From Eledone cirrhosa (taxonomy: Eukaryota): a stretch of 64,000 nucleotides of DNA. Position 1 is the stretch's first letter. Each line of letters opens with the position of its first letter. Position numbers and translations under genes: made by a program. Under the pieces are notes generated by a model. That model did no database searches and was not told where the DNA came from. It was given only the letters and a program-made list of their open reading frames with translations. Below are positions 59,601-64,000 of this stretch, one piece after another. Where the stretch lies: NCBI GenBank assembly GCA_964016885.1, contig OZ024741.1, positions 66,712,001 to 66,776,000 on the forward strand, given 5' to 3'.

Positions 59601-60038
59601 AGGGACCCCGCCAAAAAGATCTGTCCCAGATGCGTGTGCGACGAGGAAACCGTTGCACACGCATTAGTACACTGCTCGGGCGTAGCCGATCTGTGGGGCT
59701 ATGTCGAACAACTGCTGTCAAGGGTGGGACCGATCCGGTTGACCACCGAGTCTATTGTAATGATCAAGCCGCCTCCCCCCTTCAAAGATGAAGCAGAGGC
59801 GGTGTTTCTGTGCGTAATAGCCATGGCGAAAGAGGTTGTATGGTGGACGCGTCTGAAAGGACTGAGGTCGGGCACCTTTCTCTCTGGCCAACAACTGGTC
59901 CGTTTCTTCCGATATCATTTCGGAAGAAGGATCAGGATGGAGAGAGAGGTGCTGCACCCCAGCCGTTTCTATGAAAGATGGGTGAAAGTGGCGAGAATGG
60001 CCCGTGTGAATGGGCCTTCACTCTACATCAGACTATAG
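56601..60038 (+). CDS. Tx1-like ORF2: AP endonuclease, reverse transcriptase and C-terminal Zn finger
   Basis: LNARGL, GDWN, YLDR and SDH (APE); KSPGLDG, FRPITLLN, DQSKAFD, RQGCPLS and YADD (RT); CPRC..EETVAHALVHC; probable ATG at 56601. Confidence 0.96.
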   Translation: MAMLRVGCLNARGLGSTWKQAMLLNDLRSQRIDVMVICEARISNVRQLAPTFDDFEMHASLCQPGGGGGVVVLLQKHLGLATQMVHLDPEGRLVVLDLGSGKGGAFRLVAAYGPFGSMRPDFFHRLETFLGTSRSLLLVGDWNGILDARWDYVGACPDREGCNSLKGLIGRFDLADRYRLDFPTAPTWTWANRSGSSRSYLDRFLVRIKDKDFLSCPKMRIVGYSDHKLVTCMVNLDRTHRQGPGYWKLNLSLPASRAYRNRISTLVKERLTGAIVNSRWWVSLKREIRVVSIEFSKVLAADRNRKERELIDRVEEAIRSGDVARVLASRTALSQYFDAKHEGCVVRSKIRALGNEGTKVVSWARVTEANSGTKSTIRSLRDLDGRAILEPKQMCEAFQRHFARLFGRGGEPVGNVDFGPYLDGLPRLSDREAKSCEEPISAAEIEDVLSQCGKRKSPGLDGLPYELYLAMPDLFPDLLEAVYCNWQQNGRIPCTVTKGVVTLVRKDENKGDEISNFRPITLLNTELQILAKVLAKRLALVVGNLVGDAQTCAIPSRSIHDNLHLMRYIIERVGNEPGFGGALINLDQSKAFDRVDHGYLDAVLAAAGFGPVFRGWITAMHSSRICSRVKVNGYLSEPFKIARSIRQGCPLSSLLYVLTLEPLLRKLELLQGIPLEPGLWKAVSAYADDVTVMVSTASEIEAVGTLLEEYEKFTGAKLNRDKSIGLQLGTWRGRPMPSDSVVGRWTEGPVKLLGVWFGPDLQVEKNWAEVTNRVFALTQKWASCKLSLKGRAEVANTYIASVIYYRLTVVPCPRETLTKMERALFQFLWKRRAPMVRRSICCQHPSKGGLGMPWLMMRKHALRLRHLYVFLTGQPVWASFVRRTFPRLVSLTELQSWVKQRPRKLGAWHTECAQALTALWQADPVISGDSTATFYRGLVRSRCDDALGEALDMEEDELASLFGRTFSPGPMDNFQKSLAWQCYRGALPVRERLYRHGRPGRDPAKKICPRCVCDEETVAHALVHCSGVADLWGYVEQLLSRVGPIRLTTESIVMIKPPPPFKDEAEAVFLCVIAMAKEVVWWTRLKGLRSGTFLSGQQLVRFFRYHFGRRIRMEREVLHPSRFYERWVKVARMARVNGPSLYIRL

Positions 60039-60302
60039 GTGAGGAAGATGAAAGACCAAGGGAGCACCCCTTCTCTGTGCTCCTGAGGAGAAGGGTTGCA
60101 CACTTTTTTCGGGGGTGTGTGCGACCCCCCAAGGCGCCTCCTCTCTATTGAGGATTTTGTTAAAAATTTTATTTTTTGTTATATCTTATTTTATTTTTAT
60201 ATTTTGTTATTGCCTCCTCCTTATTGAGGACGCCTTTTTGTGTAAACTCCCCCCTTTGTACTTGTCCCACTTTTGATGCCCTAGTGGCAAATAAAAGAAA
60301 TA

Positions 60303-60374
<72 letters not shown>
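60303..60374 (+). repeat. (TATC)18 microsatellite between copies A and B
   Basis: Read directly from sequence. Confidence 0.95.
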
Positions 60375-60591
60375 AGACGTGTGTAACTTCGCGGAGAAGT
60401 TTCCGTTAATTTATGTAATAAAAAAACGTGAGTTTTTAGTTAAATTTTATATCATTGTGTAACTTGACCACCCGTCTGGACCTTCAGGTGGTGGGTCAAC
60501 TCATTTTCGCCCCTACAGGGGCGGAATATCCATTTAAAAATTTTTTCTCCATCGAATCTTGGAAAAAATATTGTAAAATTTTGATTACGTT

Positions 60592-62519
60592 ATGAACGCT
60601 GCGTTCAACGATAATGGTGGTGGAGAGGCGGAAAGACTACCAAGCTCGCAGTCAACAACGTCTTCTTCACTAGATACTATAGAGATGGAAAGACGAAATG
60701 AAAATGTAAAAACGAATTCATATTCAAACAACACAAATGACACCAAACAGCTCAATGACAACAAAAATAACAGCAACACCAATAATGATGATAAAAGCAA
60801 CAATGATAAGAACAACAAAGAAAAAAATAAAGACAACACCAATAACACCAGCATCAAAGACAACAACAACAGCAAGGAAAATACGGATGATACCAACATC
60901 GGTGACAACAAGAATAACAACAAGAATAATAACAACAATAACAACAATAATGACAACACCACCAATACGGATTCCACAAAGAAACCAAAAACTCCTTTGC
61001 AGAGAAAGTTCAAAAGAAGGAAGAATTGATATATCTCGACATAACAAATGCTGAACAACTTTTAAAGGACGCTAAGAGATATGTCACTTTCGAAAAAAAT
61101 GGTGCTTTCAGCATCAATTCTCCGGTAGAAATTCGCAAGGAAACTGCTCTCAAAACGATAGTTTTTAGGACAGTTTCCAATTCTACCCGAAAACCAGTCC
61201 AATTGTCACAGAAAGAAATTGAACTGGTTTTCAAAAATTCAATGAATGATATTGCATTCATTCAAAGAAGCAAACTTTTTGGGAGTATTTCGGTACTCAT
61301 GAAGGATCAATTGACGGCCCAAAATTACTCTGTGTCGCCAATTGTATCCAACCTGTACACCTTTTTCCCTACATACATTGGAAAAAGGACACAAAAGATC
61401 AGAATCACGAGTGTCACACCAAAGGTGAAGATATGGTGGATACTGTGCGGCTTCATCAATTTTGATGAAGACAGAATACTGTCAGTAGGCAAGTCCCCCA
61501 GAGATGTATTCAATGGGACTAGCATTGAAGTTCTGGTGCAAATGAGCCCAGAGCGAATAGCTATGATCACACAGCGTGTACTCCTGGACGGACTCACCTA
61601 CATAAACTTTTCGGTTGAGGGTAGGCGGCCTTCATGTTACCATTGCTTTAGCAGAGGTCACCTGAGGGCTTCCTGTCCTAAATTAATGAACCAAAAAAAG
61701 GCTCTTCTGCCGACACCCATCAAAACAACACAACCACCAACACCAACACAACAACAACAACACCAACACACAAAAATAACCACAACAAACACAGTCCCAC
61801 CCAACCCCACTCCACCTAAAACCACTGGAAAATCACATACAGACACAACAGCTCCCCAAGACATACCCCTCCCCAATCACACAGACGATACAACAGATGA
61901 GGCTATCTCGCCATCACCCAGTGAAGACGAGGGAGAACCCCATCGCTCGAAAAGAAAGAAAAGACAACATAAAAGCAAAAAACCAGCAAACACTACCACA
62001 AACATACAACCACCAACACAAACAACAAAAATATTACAAACAAAACCCCCACCTCCTGAAAACAAAATACCTACAACAAAACGAAAGCATACACAAGAAC
62101 TACAGACAAAAACAAACACAACACAAGAAAATTACACTTACACTTACATAAACACTGAAAACAAAACACTAATGGAGACCATCACGAACGACCCTTCGGT
62201 GAAAACCGAAGGGAAAACTTTCGCCCACTCTATTAAAAATAGCAAAAAAGTAAACCTAAAACTGATTAGGGTCCCTATGCAAACTTATAGGTCCCTAAAA
62301 GAAACATTTGAGAAGGATGTGGGGAATTCCTGCGTGAAACCACTCAACCGCGTCCTTCTCAAATGTCTCTCCACCCTAGACCCCCCCATCCCACCAAACC
62401 CCACCCCGCCAAACATCTGCGTCCCCACCCCGCCGGAAACCACCACCCATCCAGACAACCCCTCCAACACCCCCATGGAAATCGTGCGGCCTGGTCCCCA
62501 GGAGGCGAAGGGTGAGTGA
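60592..62519 (+). pseudogene. ORF1 of copy B, with a frameshift near the A-run at about 60987-60991
   Basis: Poly-Asn segment in one frame, then NSFAEKVQKKEELIYLDI...CYHCFSRGHLRASC in another; aligns with copy A ORF1. Confidence 0.85.
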
Positions 62520-62552
62520 TCTCTTTTCCTCTTTTAACTTTTCAGCACCAAC

Positions 62553-64000
62553 ATGGCCAATATAAGAGTTGGATGTGTGAACGTACGCGGCCTGGGGATG
62601 CCCTGGAAACAGGGCAAACTCTTAAACGACCTCAGGTCGCACAGTATGGATGTGGTAGCCATTTGCGAGTCCAGGATCCACGGCGAGCGACAGGTGGCCC
62701 CCATCTTCGGTGACTTTGAGATATACGCATCTCTCTGTCAACCGGGGGGGTGGGGGCGGAGTTGCCGTTTTGCTGCGGAAACACCTGGGCCTCGTAACAC
62801 AGACGGTACATCTGGACCCGGAGGGTCGACTGGTGGTCCTAGACGTTAACGTTAGTGAAGGTGGAGCCTTCAGGCTGGTGGCCGCATATGCCCCATCCGG
62901 GACACCGCGGCCATACTTCTTCAAACGTCTAGAGACTTTTCTGGGAACGTCCCGCTCCTTGCTTTTAGTGGGGGACTGGAATGGAATCCTAGATGCACGT
63001 TGGGACTATGTGGGAGCATGTCCCGATAAAGGGGGGTGTAACAGCCTCAAACAGTTAATCGACCGATTTGACCTGGCCGATAGATATCGACTAGATTTTC
63101 CGACTGCGCCACTGTGGACGTGGAGTAATCGTAGCGGAACATCTAGATCGTACCTAGATAGGGTTCTAGTTAGAAATAAGGATAGGGACATGTTAAGCTG
63201 TCCACAAATGTTCATGGTTGCCTATTCAGATCACAAACTAGTGACCTGCATGGCCAACCTTGATAGAACCCATAGACAAGGACCCGGCTACTGGAAGCTG
63301 AACTTGTCGTTACCGACAAGCAAAGCCTACAGTAGACGGATTAGCACTTTAGTTAAACAGCACTTGACAGGGGCCATTGTCAACAACAGATGGTGGTACT
63401 CTCTCAAGAGGCAGTTAGACTCGATAGTTTTTAGTAAAGAATTAGCGTTAGATAGAAATAGAACCGAGAAGGAACTGGTAGATAAAGTAGAAGAGGCAAT
63501 TAGAAGTGGCAACGTAGCCAGCGTGTTAGCAACGAGAACGGCCTTGGACCGCAAAGCACGAAGGCTGCGTTGTCAGAAGCAAAATACGTGCTCTGGGAAA
63601 CGAGGGAGCCAAAGCTGTTAGCTGGGCCCGAGTGACGGAAGCAAAAAGTGGCAACAAGTCCACGATTCGGTCTTTGAAGGACCAAAACGGACGCGTGATA
63701 CGTGAGCCGAAGCAGATGTGTGCGGCTTTTCAGCGGCACTTTGATCAGCTGTTCGGGGGCGGCGGCGCGCCGGGAGAGGCTATGGATTTCGGTCCATACC
63801 TCAACGGCCTACCGCGACTCTCGGACAGCGAGGCAAAGTTCTGCGAAAAGCCGATTTCAGCCACTGAGATAGGGGACGCGCTGAGCCAATGCGGCAAACG
63901 CAAATCTCCAGGTCTCGACGGTCTACCCTACGAATTTTACGTAGCAATGCCGGACTTATTCTCCGGTCTCCTGGAAGCGGTCTACTGCAACTGGCAACAG
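62553..64000 (+). pseudogene. ORF2 of copy B (APE domain and start of RT), frameshifted
   Basis: MANIRVGCVNVRGLG, GDWNG, YLDR, SDH, KSPGLDG; extra G in the G-run at about 62744 and a short deletion at about 63550. Confidence 0.88.

Larger units (their letters stand above)
54771..60302 (+). mobile_element. Apparently intact Tx1-like (L1 clade) non-LTR retrotransposon, copy A
   Basis: Uninterrupted ORF1 (CCHC knuckle) and ORF2 (APE-RT-Zn finger); 3' UTR with AATAAA at 60290; flanked by (TATC)10 and (TATC)18. Confidence 0.93.
60375..64000 (+). mobile_element. Second, diverged Tx1-like element (copy B), frameshifted, running off the window end
   Basis: ORF1 and ORF2 homologous to copy A; starts immediately after the (TATC)18 tract. 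Confidence 0.9.

Noticed and set aside
62512-62545. 34-nt GT-AG mini-intron fusing ORF1 to ORF2 in copy B
   Set aside because: Very short, the join is out of frame with the ORF2 ATG, and copy A has CAC instead of CAG

Overview
AT-rich, microsatellite-dense eukaryotic DNA. It is probably coleoid cephalopod/octopus, inferred from the SINE types and repeat landscape. No host gene can be called confidently, and most listed ORFs are translations of simple repeats. Supported content: one intact Tx1-type (L1 clade) LINE at 54.8-60.3 kb flanked on both sides by (TATC)n; a second, decayed copy directly behind it; two RT-deleted relics of the same family; fragments of RTE, R4/Dong, CRE, Ingi/Vingi, Helitron and Penelope (Neptune-type GIY-YIG) elements; and many tRNA-derived SINEs. 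The strongest signal missing from the ORF track is about 24 minimal type I hammerhead-ribozyme motifs, intact or decayed, from more than 10 distinct sequence families. Most have palindromic helix III, four families carry a compensatory U3-A8 core, and many sit in the arms of fold-back inverted duplications bounded by (TA)n. All structures were folded by eye and coordinates of decayed elements are approximate.
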